From Mobula hypostoma (lineage: Eukaryota), in the NCBI RefSeq assembly GCF_963921235.1, contig NC_086108.1, positions 92,382,001 through 92,446,000 on the forward strand: DNA of 64,000 bases, in the 5' to 3' direction. Both the position numbers and the translations under genes were made by a program. Positions 27,411 through 39,462 of this stretch are shown piece after piece; the first letter of the stretch is position 1, and every line of letters begins with the position of its first letter. The notes beneath the pieces are model-generated. The model was not told where the DNA came from. It ran no database searches and saw only the letters and a program-made list of their open reading frames with translations.

Positions 27411-29276
27411 TCGGCTTAATCCCTCTTACAACTTCAAAGATTCCTCATCTGTTTTTCTAATTACCATCTAAAAATATTTCTTGCTTTGCTACATCTGTCC
27501 AGCTAGAATTACCCACATTTGGTTCTTTGGAAATGTTTCTTTAGCCATCAAGCCTTAAATCCACCAATGAAAAAATTCATTAACATTTTGATTAACTACT
27601 GAGCGTGCAAAATTAGAGGGTGAGAAAATTGCATTTGTGATTAAAAGACCACAAACAAAAAAGGAAGTCAATTTAAATAACCACCCTCCATGCCATGACA
27701 TCTTTGGATGACCATCTCAAAGAATTTGGGATGCCACAGAAGAATGGCAGATAGTGCAACACTGTACAGCTCAGGACTTTCCAGAGGTCAGAGTTCAATT
27801 CCAGCGCCAGCTGTAAAGAGTTGTATGTTCTCCCCGTGAGCGCGTGGGTCCACTGTCCAAAGACATACCAGTTAGGCTCATTGGTTATCGTAAACTGCCC
27901 TGTAATTAGTCTAATGTTAAATAAGTGATTTGCTGGGCAGTGTGACTCATTGGGCCAGAAATGCCTGTTCCATGCTGTATCTCCAAATAAACAAAATAAC
28001 AAAGTGCAATCGATTTCAACACCTCATATAAACATCAAATAATTGCAAAAAAGGTAACATTAGTATACTATAAATACGGGACTTTTCAATTATTTGCCCA
28101 GAAAACTGTTTTACAGATCACAAGTGCAGGGACCTTGACACCAGATTGCATCTTCTTCTAAATCCTGTTTTTTCACATTGCTCCTTTCAAAAGCCATCTT
28201 CCACCCCTCACCCACACCCCCCCCTCCACTTCAGACGAAGTCTATCCACGGAGATTTAGGAAGCAAGGGAGAAGACTGCTGGGGCTCCAAAGGTGATCTT
28301 TGCATCATCTTTAGCAATGGACAAGGTTCCGGAAGACTGCAAGTTAGTAAATGTTATTCCCAAATCCAAGAGGGGCAGTAGGGGCATGCCAAAAAACTGA
28401 TGAGCCTTATGTTAGTAGTCAGGAAACTATTCAGAAAATATTCTTAGGGATAGGATGTATAATCACTTGGAAAGGCATAGATAGAGAGCCAGAAGAGTTT
28501 TGTAATGGGAACTTGTAAATGATAAATATATATTTTTTAAGGAAATTGATTAAGCTAAGGCAATGGACGCGATATGTACGGAATTCAGCAAAGCTTTTGA
28601 GAAGATCTTGCACAGTAGGCTGGCCCAGAGAATTGGGCCACATGCAGTCCAATCTGTTTGATGGAGTGGATCCAAACTTGGCATGGCTATAAGGCAGAGA
28701 GGTTTTTGTTCCTGATTTCAAATCTGTAATCACTGCCCACAAGGTCAGTGCTGGGACTATTGCTGTTTGTCAAAGATCAGCTGGAAATTTGGGAGGAGCA
28801 GTGGCAAATGGAATTTAATCCAGACAATGCATTTTGGGTCGTCTAATACTGGCCAGATGTAAATAGTAAACAGAAGGGATATTAGAAATGTTGATATAGA
28901 GGGGAACCTTTGGATGCAAGCTCATTGTTCCCTGAAGATAGCAATACAGGTGGATAAGGTAGTGGTGGTGGTACAGGGCAAGTACTCCCCATCTGAAATG
29001 CTTAGGGTCAGAAGTGTGTCAGATTCTTTTGAATTTTGGAATATATAATGAGATAGATTGGGATTGTCATCATTTCTGACTCTGAATTTGAAGTCTTGTA
29101 CTTAACATTAAAAACTACAACATATAATGAAAACATAATGTGTGCAGGGTAACAAAAGCAGCACAGCAGCATCAGAATACCCGAATCAGCTGTTCAACAA
29201 CGAACAACGGCAGGCTTTCAGTCTTCACCTACGATGCCATGTCTTGATTAAAAGGTTACAGTACACTATATTTGTA

Positions 29277-29905
29277 CAGTCCGCCCTCCGCATCCGCAGG
29301 TTCAACTAACCGCGGATCGAAAATACTGTACAAGTATCCCCCACTATCTGAAAGTAGAGCGTTCCTATGAAACCTTTCGTAAGCCGAACCCAAAAAATAA
29401 CCTACCAAATAACACATAAAACCTTAAATAACACTAACATGTAGTAAAAGCCGGAATGATATGCTACCAGCAGAACCAACAGTAATATCAGCAGTTTTCA
29501 AGATTCTTTCTCTCTGTGTATAAATAGTACGAATGGTGGTCGCAGGCAAGTTCAACGCACGCACAATGTCTTTATTTCATTCACCACAATCAAAACGCTT
29601 AATTACATCCAGTTTTATGCCAAGCGTAACACCCTTACGAGCTCTCTTAGGCTTTTCTGATACCTTACGACACATCTTGCTAACGAATGCACAAAATAAA
29701 TCGAGAGAAAGCACTCTCGCTGCTCGGGATGCGTGCCGCCTCTCTAACAGCTTGCTGCAAAACAAATGCTGAACACTATTTTCGCTTTTCGTAACACCCT
29801 TACGAGCTCTCTTAGGCTTTTATATAAGGGACTTGAGCATCCGCAAATGTTGGTATCCGCGGGGGGTCCCGGAACCAATCCCCCGCGGATACGGAGGGCC
29901 GACTG
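29277..29905. mobile_element. Tigger/MER2-like MITE nested in the outer element; TA TSD
   Basis: TIRs CAGTCCGCCCTCCGCATCCGCAGG and CCCGCGGATACGGAGGGCCGACTG, flanked by TA at both ends. Confidence 0.85.
29331..29821 (-). mobile_element. Third Tigger-like fragment (innermost) with HTH start KRARKGVTLGIKLDVIKRFDCGE
   Basis: Begins TA|CAAGTATCCCCCACTATCTGAAAGTAGAGCG; the other end is missing and replaced by a 32-bp duplicate. Confidence 0.7.
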
Positions 29906-30661
29906 TATTTCACTTTTTTTAAGGATTATGTAAGGTAATAAAAACAATCAGAATTGTAGACTTGTTCTAGTGTTAAGGGTTTCATCAGCAACCATTTCCA
30001 CAAAATCATTGGATTTCTCTGCTTTACTTGTTCCATGATCAGCATACTGTTAAGCAGCATATATTCACCCCAATCCTGACGAATCCACGCTTTCAATACA
30101 TGATCGAGAACTTTATTTTTCACTTTATGCAGTGTTTTTCTATCTGTCATTAACGTCTGTTCATTACATATGTGAGGTCACTTCTCAAAACTGTCAGTGG
30201 AGCACGAAGACTTGCCTATTGCCTGGAAACCTTCCGAGCACCCTGTGAAATTTCCCATTTGTGACGCCATATCAGCACTCAAAAATGTTCGGATTTTGGA
30301 TAAGTGGTACTCAACCTGCATTTAGTTTTGAAGGGTATAGAGTTCTAGAGTTAAAACGTCGTGTTGCAGCTGTACAAAACATTAGACTACACTTGAAACA
30401 CTGTGTGCAGTCCTCGTTGCCAGACTGCAACAGCACTAGGAAGCCTGCACATGGCATTCACTGTGATGTTGCCTAGAATGGAGAGCTTGAGCTACAAAGG
30501 GTGGATAGGTAGGGACTATTTTCTCTGGACTAAAGGAAACCCAAAAGTGACATTGCACAGTCTTATAAAACAATGAGGGGCATAGGCAAGGTAGGCTAAT
30601 CACAATTTGTCCCCTCAGCCCTGACCCCATTACAAGAAAATTACATTAGAATAGAAAGGCA

Positions 30662-31303
30662 GGGAGGAGGGAGGAGAAGATGGTGACATGATGCAGCGCG
30701 CGCGGCCATTCCGAATGATATCGTATACGTGTTAACTAGGGGGCCGTGCACAATCCTGATTTGATGGAGAGAGCCGTGAGAAGCACGGAGGAACACCTGG
30801 ACAAACTTCTGAAATGCCCGCTTTGCTGCTGCTGCTGCTACTGTGCGATCGAGAATCTCCAGAGGGGAAGGCCCAAATCCTCGGCTTTGCCTATTGCTGT
30901 TGCCGGGGTCAAAGTGCTCGGCAAAGATGGCGCTCAGTGCTCGGTATCGGAGAACTGGTCAGAGGCTCAGAGTTTTCGGACAGACTCGAAGTTGGACTGT
31001 GGTCAGATGCTTTCAGGATGCTGCATCGGCAAGTTTGCGGCACTGGAGGTTCACCGTCTGCGTGAGATGATGGGACTTTCGAGAGACTTTGAGACTTTTT
31101 ACCGTGCCATGGTCTGTTCTTTATCAAATTACAGTATTGCTTTGCACTGTCGTAACTATATATTATAATTATGTGGTTTTTGTCAGTTTTTCAGTCAGGA
31201 TGTCATGTATTTCTGTGATATCATTCTGGAGAAACATTGTATCATTTCTTAATGCATGCGTTACTAAATGACAATAAAAGAGGACTGTGTGTCCTCATAA
31301 TCT
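30662..31303 (+). mobile_element. About 640-bp non-coding non-autonomous retroposon; TSD AAAGGCA
   Basis: Related copy at 34230-34855; AATAAA plus AATCT tail; AAAGGCA at 30655-30661 and 31304-31310. Confidence 0.75.
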
Positions 31304-31706
31304 AAAGGCACCTCAATTGTCATGGAGTAACGAAACTCTGTAATTCTTTCCCTACCAGTTTAACGACACTCCTTAAAAGCAGTCCCTTTGACCAATCATA
31401 TGGTTGCTTTTCTCATTTCACGAGACTGGAGACAACCTTTGGTTTATCGACACTCCTGTGAAGTGTTTTGTGATATTTCTGCTATGATGGTCTGCCAGAG
31501 TTCTGCTATCTTACAAAAGCACAAATGGAAGCACTTGTCATGATACACTTTCCACATCAACTACATGTATCTTATCTACAAGGTAACTTCCTCCAATCAC
31601 CAACCCCTCCCTCAAAAATCAGTTTCTCAAAAACCAAATATTCCATCAAACAAGACATAATGTCTAATCATTGAAAAATAATTTCAATAAACAGTGTGAA
31701 ACATAC

Positions 31707-31793
31707 CCCATTAAAGAACGAATTCGAGCTCTCGGTGAATATTCTTTAGCTTTCCCTCCAAAGCGAACTAGTGAAGGCCCACAGGGACATTCT
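31707..31793 (-). CDS. HCCS: HCCS coding exon 5 ([29 protein letters not shown])
   Basis: [14 protein letters not shown] signature. TAG acceptor and GTATGT donor; 87 nt. Confidence 0.97.
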
Positions 31794-32765
31794 CTAGAAT
31801 AACAAACACAAAAATATATTAGCAGTTTTTAAAATTTGTCATCATAGACAGAATCTATTTGAAAAACTAGCCAAGCCTTTCAGATTCATAGTTAGGAAGC
31901 ATTTCTACATGCAAAGTGGTCAATGCTTGGTACTCTAACAGAACGCTTCAATTCCTTATTTTAATTTTGGAGTCGGACATATTTACATTAACCAGAAGGT
32001 ATAAAAGAAAAGAGGGAGTGCAAAATTAGGTCGCTGATTAAACATAGCAAAACTTCGAGGAGCTAAATAGTCTCTTCCAGTCTCAAATCCATCTCATGAA
32101 TGAATTTTGTCTAAATACATTAATGACTAAAATTTCACTAATACAAAAACAAATTTGTCGAAACTTTTGTGGAATCCATTCAACTGGACAGCTACTGAGT
32201 TATAACAATTATATTCCCCAACCCCACCCTAGTTCACATCTATCCTAGAAAAGAGACAGAAAGTCCTTGTGTGACAAGGCTTTCAACATAGAAAAGAAGA
32301 TATCCTAGTTGGTAATTTGTTTTTGCACACCCTGCCTAAATAATATTAGCAAATTGGTGGCCACAAAGAAATCTACGCTTTGTGCATTTTCTTCGGGTGC
32401 TCTGGTTTCCTCCCACAGTCCAAAGATGTACTGGTTAGTGGGTTAATCATCATTATAAATTGTCCCGTGATTAGGCTAGGGTGTTGCTGGGTAGTGAGGC
32501 ATGAAAGGCCAGAAGCTCAACAAATTGATAAAAATCTTTCTCACATCCTTACATTGTCGCATCAATGAAAAACAGAAGTCTTACTACGCACAACTGTGTT
32601 CAGAAACAAGATGTCTTCTGAGAAGATTAGTGGGCATTTAACCTTCAATAAACCGAAGTTTGATCACTTGAAGGTCAACTCCACTCGAGAAATAAAATAA
32701 TCCAAATTAAGACAGCATTCACTGTGCCATTCCATTCCACGTGTACTTTTAATAGTTGAACTAAC

Positions 32766-32885
32766 TTGGCATGGAGTGCTTCCCACTTGAGTATTTCATT
32801 CCAGGCCTGTTCATTATTCTGATTATGGATCTTGATGATATTTGTCATATCACTGGCTGTAATGTCTTCATTACGCCAACGCCAC
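32766..32885 (-). CDS. HCCS: HCCS coding exon 4 ([39 protein letters not shown])
   Basis: [10 protein letters not shown] motif containing the heme-ligand His. CAG acceptor and GTTAGT donor; 120 nt. Confidence 0.97.
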
Positions 32886-33593
32886 CTGTAAAACAATTGG
32901 GAAATGAAGTACAACCCTGAAATGCAGCACTGTCAGTTTTGTCAATTTTTAACATAATTTTCTTAAAATCAGTCATGCAGCAAGTAACGGACCTCTTGGC
33001 TAACCCTGCCCATGCTACCCATTAACTACCTATCTATACCAATTCTATTTACCAGTACTCAGACCAGTCTTCTATACCCTAGCAATTCATGGGAATATCT
33101 AGATCATTTTTCTGAGTCTCAACCTCTATAACTCAGACACCAAACTTCTATAACACAGATGCTAAACTTTGTCTTTTTAATTTATTGCGGAGACTTCTGT
33201 AATCCTCCTGTACTCTTTCCCTTTATCCTCACATTTCCAAACTGTTGAACTGACTATTCAGTTTAAAGATGCACTTTAACCCATCCCATTGACAGTTGCA
33301 CAGGACTGCACAGCCTACTCCTGTTCCTTTTGGGTTGGGGTTTCTTGTGTGAAGGCAATTAAATAAAGTAAAACCAGGAAGCTTTGTCTTTTTGTGTATA
33401 TTAAACTTGAACAAAAGTAGATCTGAATTCTAACCAGACTACTGAAATTAAAATCTTCAACCAAAGTGCACCATGGTGGGTCAGTGTCAATCCTACTCTT
33501 TGAACACTTTTCTTATGGGGCTCCACAGAGAAATAAAGGCAGTTTTAAAAGTACACGATATTTGTGAATAGAAATCAGAGAGCATCTACATAC

Positions 33594-33742
33594 CCCTTCC
33601 TAAGCATTGCATTCCAAAACATCTGTTCAGAAGGATATACCCAACGCTTATCTGAATTAGATCGAGGAATGGAAGACTCCTCTCTGACGACTGAGAGGGG
33701 GAATGGCTGATCTGATGCAGGCTGCTGGTTAGGCGGTGGCAT
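33594..33742 (-). CDS. HCCS: HCCS coding exon 3 ([50 protein letters not shown])
   Basis: Conserved [17 protein letters not shown] signature. TAG acceptor and GTATGT donor; 149 nt. Confidence 0.97.
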
Positions 33743-34229
33743 CTACAAAGCAAAAGTGTTAAGTTTCTCATAGCATTTAAAACATTCTTGATACTAATCA
33801 ATATTTGAACAAAAGTAAATACAGCTACTTCACAAAAAAAAATCAGATTCCACTTACAATCTTAACAAGAAAAAAATCTAAATTCACTATTGATACTCAT
33901 TACATTAATGCTATCTTCATTTGTAATTTAGTTTTCCTCAGACATATACAGGCTCATCTTCTCTAAAGATTAATCAAGAGTAAATCAAATGATCAGTCTT
34001 GTGGGGTAAGCATTAGCATGGCAGTTAGCATAACATCATTGCAGCAACCCAGATTCAATTCTGCCACTGCCTGTAAGAAGTAGGACTGTCTGGGTTTCCT
34101 CCAAATGCTCTGTCTTCCTCCCACATTCCAAAGAGCTATAGGTTGGTTACACGTGAAATGGTCACATGGTAGCAATTGGGCAGCACAGGCTCACTGCCTG
34201 GAAGAGCCTGTAACCACGCTATCTCTAAT

Positions 34230-34855
34230 GAAGGAGGAGAGAAGAAACAGCACGCTGTGCGTGCGCAGCCCTCCAGTGAAAATGATATTGTATCTGTTAA
34301 ATAGGGGCCGTGGACAATTTCTGATTTGATGGAGATGGGCGTGAAAGCACAGAGGAACACCTGGAAAAATTTCTGAAGCGCTCGTTCAATGCTGTCGTTA
34401 CTGTGTGGTCACGAATCTTTCGGAGGGTAGGCCTCAAATTCCCCGGCTTTGCCTGCTGTTGGCGACCGAGATGGAGGTCAAATCGCTCGTATAGAGATGG
34501 CGCTCAGTACTCGGTGTCAGAGAGCTGATCAGAGCTCGAAGTTTTCGGATGACTCAAGAGTCGGACCCGTGGTCAGGTATTGCAGGGAGAGTTTTTCTTC
34601 CTTCTCCCGTCTGCGTGAGATGTGGGACATTTGAGAGACTTTGAACCTTTAATGTGCTCATGGACTTCTTCATCAAGTTATGGTATTGTTGAACTGTTGT
34701 AACTATATGTTATAATTATGTGGTTTTGTTAGGTTTTTTTTCAGTCTTGGTCTGTCCTGTGTTTTGTGATATCACACCGGAGGAAATATTGTATCATTTC
34801 TTAATGCATGCATTACTAAATGACAATAAAAGAGGACTGCATGTCTTCATAATCT
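34230..34855 (+). mobile_element. Second copy of the about 640-bp retroposon, inserted in a V-SINE tail
   Basis: Shares CTGATTTGATGGAGA...GAGGAACACCTGGA and the 3' ATCATTTCTTAATGCATGC...AATAAAAGAGGACTG with 30662-31303. Confidence 0.75.
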
Positions 34856-35414
34856 AATAAATAAAATAAATATATAATTTGACAGACTGATTGGTGATCA
34901 AGAGGCAGGAAAAGAGGTGCTGCATGGTCAGATGGACAATGGCAAAATGTAGCCTGATTGGTATGTGGAGGTTAGGCTAGATAAGTGTTTTAGTTCTTCT
35001 TTCTGGTTAAGATGGTTTTAAACTAAAATCTTAATTGTTGAAATTGTCATCTATCAAATAATATAATGAAAGCAATCATTCGGAAAATGCTTGCCATCTC
35101 TGGCACGTACTCAATGGAGTTCAAAAAGATTGGGGACGGCCAGAGATTCTGAAGACCAGGTTTTGATTGTGCAGCCAAACAGATTCCATTAACAAATAGG
35201 GCAGAACCAAGGTAAATTTTGATGGAAACATTACAATCTAACAAGGTATTCATTGAATCCTTTTTACAAAAGAATTTAAAGCCAACCTGAGAGCTTTTGT
35301 CTAAATGCTAAACTACAGTGGAAAACTTAGTAAGGATAACTGCACAACAAATTGACCGAATTACGATTTCAGGGAATAATATTTGATAGATTAAAATGAA
35401 CCCATTGTTCTTAC

Positions 35415-35575
35415 CATATTACTGGGATCAATTTGGTCTGTTTCTGTTCTCTCATCCCTTCTCATGGGGCACTCAACGTACTCATATGCTCTGTTTTGAT
35501 GTGATGGCACTGGGTCTGGGGAAGATATCTTTTCTTCTGAAGTGGCTGCTGCAGTTGCCTGATGCATTGGACAAC
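35415..35575 (-). CDS. HCCS: HCCS coding exon 2 (GCPMHQ...VPSHQNRAYEYVECPMRRDERTETDQIDPSNM)
   Basis: Contains the HCCS motifs HQ.RAYEYVECP and DPSN. CAG acceptor and ATG|GTAAG donor; 161 nt, phases consistent with neighbours. Confidence 0.95.
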
Positions 35576-35932
35576 CTGATTTGATGCATAATGGCAAAAA
35601 AATTATATAAATGAAACAATGCAATTAAAGATATCAATGCAATTTTATTATAATGACCTCAAAATTCTTCTGTTGCTTTTTTAGAGTACAACGCTAACAT
35701 CTTTTGTTCAGTTAAAAGTCATGACAGCTGTGGCAACAAGAACATTAAGTATTAAGCATTCACACCGTAACCTGAGGCTAAGGTGTGCAAAGTACTTGTT
35801 CATGTTGAAGACAAATGGTCACATGTAGAATATTCACTCTTTCAAACCTGCCAAGTTATATCACTCAAACTGGATGATCTCTTTCTTAAGACTATACACA
35901 AAAGCAAAGATACATCTTACATACAGTGGAGT

Positions 35933-36870
35933 GCACAGAAGATGCTGGGGGAGCTCTGCAGGCCAGGCAGCATGTATGGAAAAAGAGTACAGTTGACGTT
36001 TTGGGCTAAGACCTTTCAGCAGGACTGGAGAAAAAAAGACGAATAGTAGATTTAAAAGGTGGGGGAGGGGAGGGAGAAACACAAGGTGATAGGTGAAACC
36101 GGGAGGGGGAGGGCTGAAGTAAAGAGCTGGGAAGTTGATTGGTAAAAGAGATACAGGGTTGGAGGAGGAGAGGGTGGAATTATTGGAATGTTCGAGAAAT
36201 CAATGTTCATGGTGGCTGCTCGGGCAGAATATAAGGTGTTGTTCCTCCAACCTGAGTGTGGTCTCATCGCAACTGTAGAGGAGGCCATGGATTGACATAT
36301 CAGAATGGGAATGGGAAGTGGAATTAAAACAGGTGGCCACTGGGAGATCCTGCTTCTTCTGGCGGATGGAGCATAGATGTGACATACAATGGGAATACCT
36401 TATATTCCTCTGGGTAGCCTCCAACCTGATGGCATGAACATTGACTTCTCTAACTTCCAGTAATTCCCCCCACTCTCCTTCACCATTCCCCAACCCTCCT
36501 CTCCCTCTCACCTTATCTCCTTGCCTACCCATCGCCTCCCTGTCAGGCTCCTCCTCCCCTTTCTTTCTTCCATGGCCTTCTGTCCTCTCCTGTCAGATTC
36601 CTCCTTCTCCAGCCCTATTATCTCTCACCAATCAACTGCCCAGTTCCTTAGTTCACCCCTTCCTCCTCCAATCTATCACCTTGTGTTTCTCCCTCCCCTA
36701 CCCCCACCTTTTAAATCTACTCACCTTTTTTCCTCTAGTCCTGCTGTAGGGTCTCAGACCAAAACTCAGCTGTACTCTTTTCCATAGATGCTACCTGGCC
36801 TGCTGAGTTCCTTCAGTATTTTGTGTGTGTTGCTTGGATTTCCAGCATCTGTAGTTTGTCTCGTTTGTGA
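35933..36870. mobile_element. Penelope-like element, two oppositely oriented 3' fragments (fold-back)
   Basis: Minus half (to about 36382) encodes ...HGLLYSCDETTLRLEEQHLIF. Plus half starts about 36393 (LIFLWVASNL../QPDGMNIDF-type) and runs to the common 3' tail. Decayed hammerheads at both ends. Confidence 0.8.
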
Positions 36871-37558
36871 TTAAATATGGTGGATTCTGGATAATTGGGC
36901 CATCATTTATTCAGGGCAGCCGAATATTTGGGACAACTCTTTAAGAACAAAAATTAATTGAAAAAATAACAGGATTTCCTTCATTTATTTGGGACACCAA
37001 GCTGCTTAATTGTCGTAGGAGACTGTTGCCGAACAGTTTCTAACTAGCATCAGTCGTGCGCACTTTTGTGGCTGTTAAGACTGCGGTTTCAAACACTCAA
37101 GCTTCGAGATGCCAGAAATGGGCAGGAGTGAAAATGAAACCACTACTTCAGCAAGTTAGGAAATATGAAGAATTTGAAGGTATCAACAATTCATCTTGAA
37201 TGTTACAATGAAATTGAAGATTTGGAGGTTGCGACAGTTTCTGACTACTGAAAGTCATGCATACTTGTGTGGTCGTTACACCCTACAGCATGCTAAGAAC
37301 AAACAGTTTTCAAATGGCATCAGTTGTGTTTGCTTGTGTTATGTCATTCATTGGGGCCGACCAATGCCAAATTAAAAAAGGAGTAACTTTTGACACTACT
37401 TCATGCAAGAAGGGAATGAAGACAGTCCATTATCTGCACTAGGTGTCTGCGCTGATTTTGTTCACTTACAGTCAATAAAAAGAACACAGTAGTGTACACT
37501 GTACGAATTCCTCTATCAATAACTATTGGGAACTAATAAATGGGGGAGATCTTAAATG

Positions 37559-37668
37559 TAAACAGTTAGTCCTGACGAAGGGTCTCGGCCTGAAACGTCG
37601 ACTGCGCCTCTTCCTATAGATGCTGCTTGGCCTGCTGCGTTCACCAGCAACTTTGATGTGTGTTGCTT
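37559..37668 (+). mobile_element. 110-bp hammerhead-bearing short retroposon with 13-bp TSD
   Basis: TSD GAGATCTTAAATG at 37546-37558 and 37669-37681; inserted into the 5' end of a CR1 copy. Confidence 0.85.
37567..37604 (+). ncRNA. Minimal type I hammerhead ribozyme motif with intact core (Penelope-type)
   Basis: UAGUC-CUGACGA-AGGGUCUCGGCCU-GAAA-CG-UC-GACUG: stem I UAGUC/GACUG, stem II, palindromic ACGU stem III, GUC cleavage triplet (cut after 37599). Confidence 0.8.
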
Positions 37669-39316
37669 GAGATCTTAAATGCATTTTTTGCATCTGTATT
37701 TACAGACGGAGATGGACACAGTGTCTACAGAAGTAAGGCAAAACAATGTCAATTTCACTGACTCCATGCAAATTACAGAGGAGGAGGTGTTTGCTGTCTT
37801 GAGGCATATTAGGATGGATACATCCCTAGGTTTTCCCTCGGACCTTACAGGAAGCAAGTGTAGAAATTGCTAGGGCCCTAGCGAAGATGCTTAATTCATC
37901 CTTAGCGACAGGTGAGGCGCTGGACGATTGGAGGATAGCCAATGTTCTTCCACTGTTTAAGAAAGGCTAAAAGTAAACCAGGAAATGATTGGCCAGTGAG
38001 CCTGACATCAGTAGTGGGAAAGCTGTTGGAAGGTATTCTCAGGGACCAGATATATGAGTATTTGAATAGACATGGACTGATTAGGGATAGTCAGCACAAC
38101 TTTGTGCATGGTAAATCGTATTAACTAATCTTATAGAGTTTTTTTCAGGAAGTTACCAGGAAAGTTGATGAAGGCAAGGCAGTGGGTGTTGTCTACATTG
38201 ACTTCAGTAAGGCATTTAACAAGGTCCCACGTGGGAGGCTGGTCAAGAAGGTTCAGTCACTTCTCATTCAAGATAAGGTATTAAATTGGATTAGATGTTT
38301 GCTTTGTGGGAGAAGCCAGAGAGTAGTAGTAGATGTTTGCCTCTCTGACTGGAGGTCTGTGACTAGTGCAGTGCCGCAGGGATTGGTGATGGGTTCATTG
38401 TTGTTTGAAATCTATATCAACGATCTAGATGAAAATGTGGTTAACTGGATCAGCAAATTTGCAGATGACGCCATGGTTGGAGGTGTAGTTGACACAGAGA
38501 AGACTATCATGGCTTGTAGCGGGATCTGGACCAGCCGGAAAAATGGCAGATAATGCAGTCAAGTTTGAGATGTGGAATTTTGGTAGGACCAACCAGTATA
38601 GGTCTTACACAATGAACAGTAGGGCACTGAAAAGTGCAGTAAAACAAAGGGTTTTGGGAATACAGGTCCATAATTCATTGAATGTGATGTTACAGGTTGA
38701 AAGGGTCATAAAGTATTGAGTGAGGAGATGGGTTTTTTTGTTGAAGTTCTAAAATTTGAGGCCTAATATGGAGTACTATATGCAATTTTGGTCATATACC
38801 TATTGGAAAGATGTAAATAAGGTTGAACAAGTACAGAGAAGATTTACAAGGATGGTGCCGGGTGGAGGACTTGAGTTATATGGAAAGATTGAATAGGTTA
38901 GGACTTTATTCCTTGGAGCATAGAAGATTGAGAGGAGATTTGATAGAGGTATTCAAAATTATGACGGGCACAGATAGGGTAAACAGAAGCAAGCTTTTTC
39001 CACTGAGCTTAGGTAGGACATGGGTTAAGGGTGAAAGGTGAAAAGTTTAAGGGAGACATGAGGGGAAACTTCTTCAGAGAGTCTTGACAACGTGGAATGA
39101 TCTGCCAGCACAAGTGGTGTATGCGAGATTGATTTCAATGTTGTATAGGTACATGCTTGGAGGGGTATATAGAGGGCCATGGTGCTGGAGCAGGTCAACG
39201 GGATTAGGCATCTTACATGGCTCTGCATAGACTAGAGAGACCAAAGGGTCTGTTTCTGTGCTGTTCTTTTCTATGACGCAAACTAATACACAGCTTTATT
39301 CAGTAGTACTGTAGTA

Positions 39317-39462
39317 CAGTGGTCCCCAACCACCAGGTCGCAAGGAAACGATATGATTCAGCTGCACCTTTCCTCATTCCCTGTCACGATCACGATTGAC
39401 TAACAACCCCCCCCCCCCCGCTGTCAGCCGGTCCGCGGTGCAAAAAAGGTTGGGGACCCCTG
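39317..39462. mobile_element. hAT/Charlie-type MITE with 8-bp TSD
   Basis: TIRs CAGTGGTCCCCAAC and GTTGGGGACCCCTG; perfect TSD CTGTAGTA at 39309-39316 and 39463-39470. Confidence 0.9.

Larger units (their letters stand above)
28974..30318 (-). mobile_element. Tigger/pogo-like element (outer; Tigger4/Zombi-like by recalled motif) interrupting a CR1
   Basis: TIR-like ends TA|CAGGGCAAGTACTCCCCATCTGAAA and TTTTGGATAAGTGGTACTCAACCTG; CENP-B HTH remnant DRKTLHKVKNKVLDHVLKAWIRQ. Confidence 0.8.
37541..39280 (+). mobile_element. CR1-clade LINE, 5'-truncated RT region; TSD AACTAATA
   Basis: KPGNDWPVSLTSVVGKLLE, VYIDFSKAFNKVP, VPQG, ISKFADD, RRLRGDLIEVFK; AACTAATA at 37531-37538 and 39281-39288. Confidence 0.9.
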
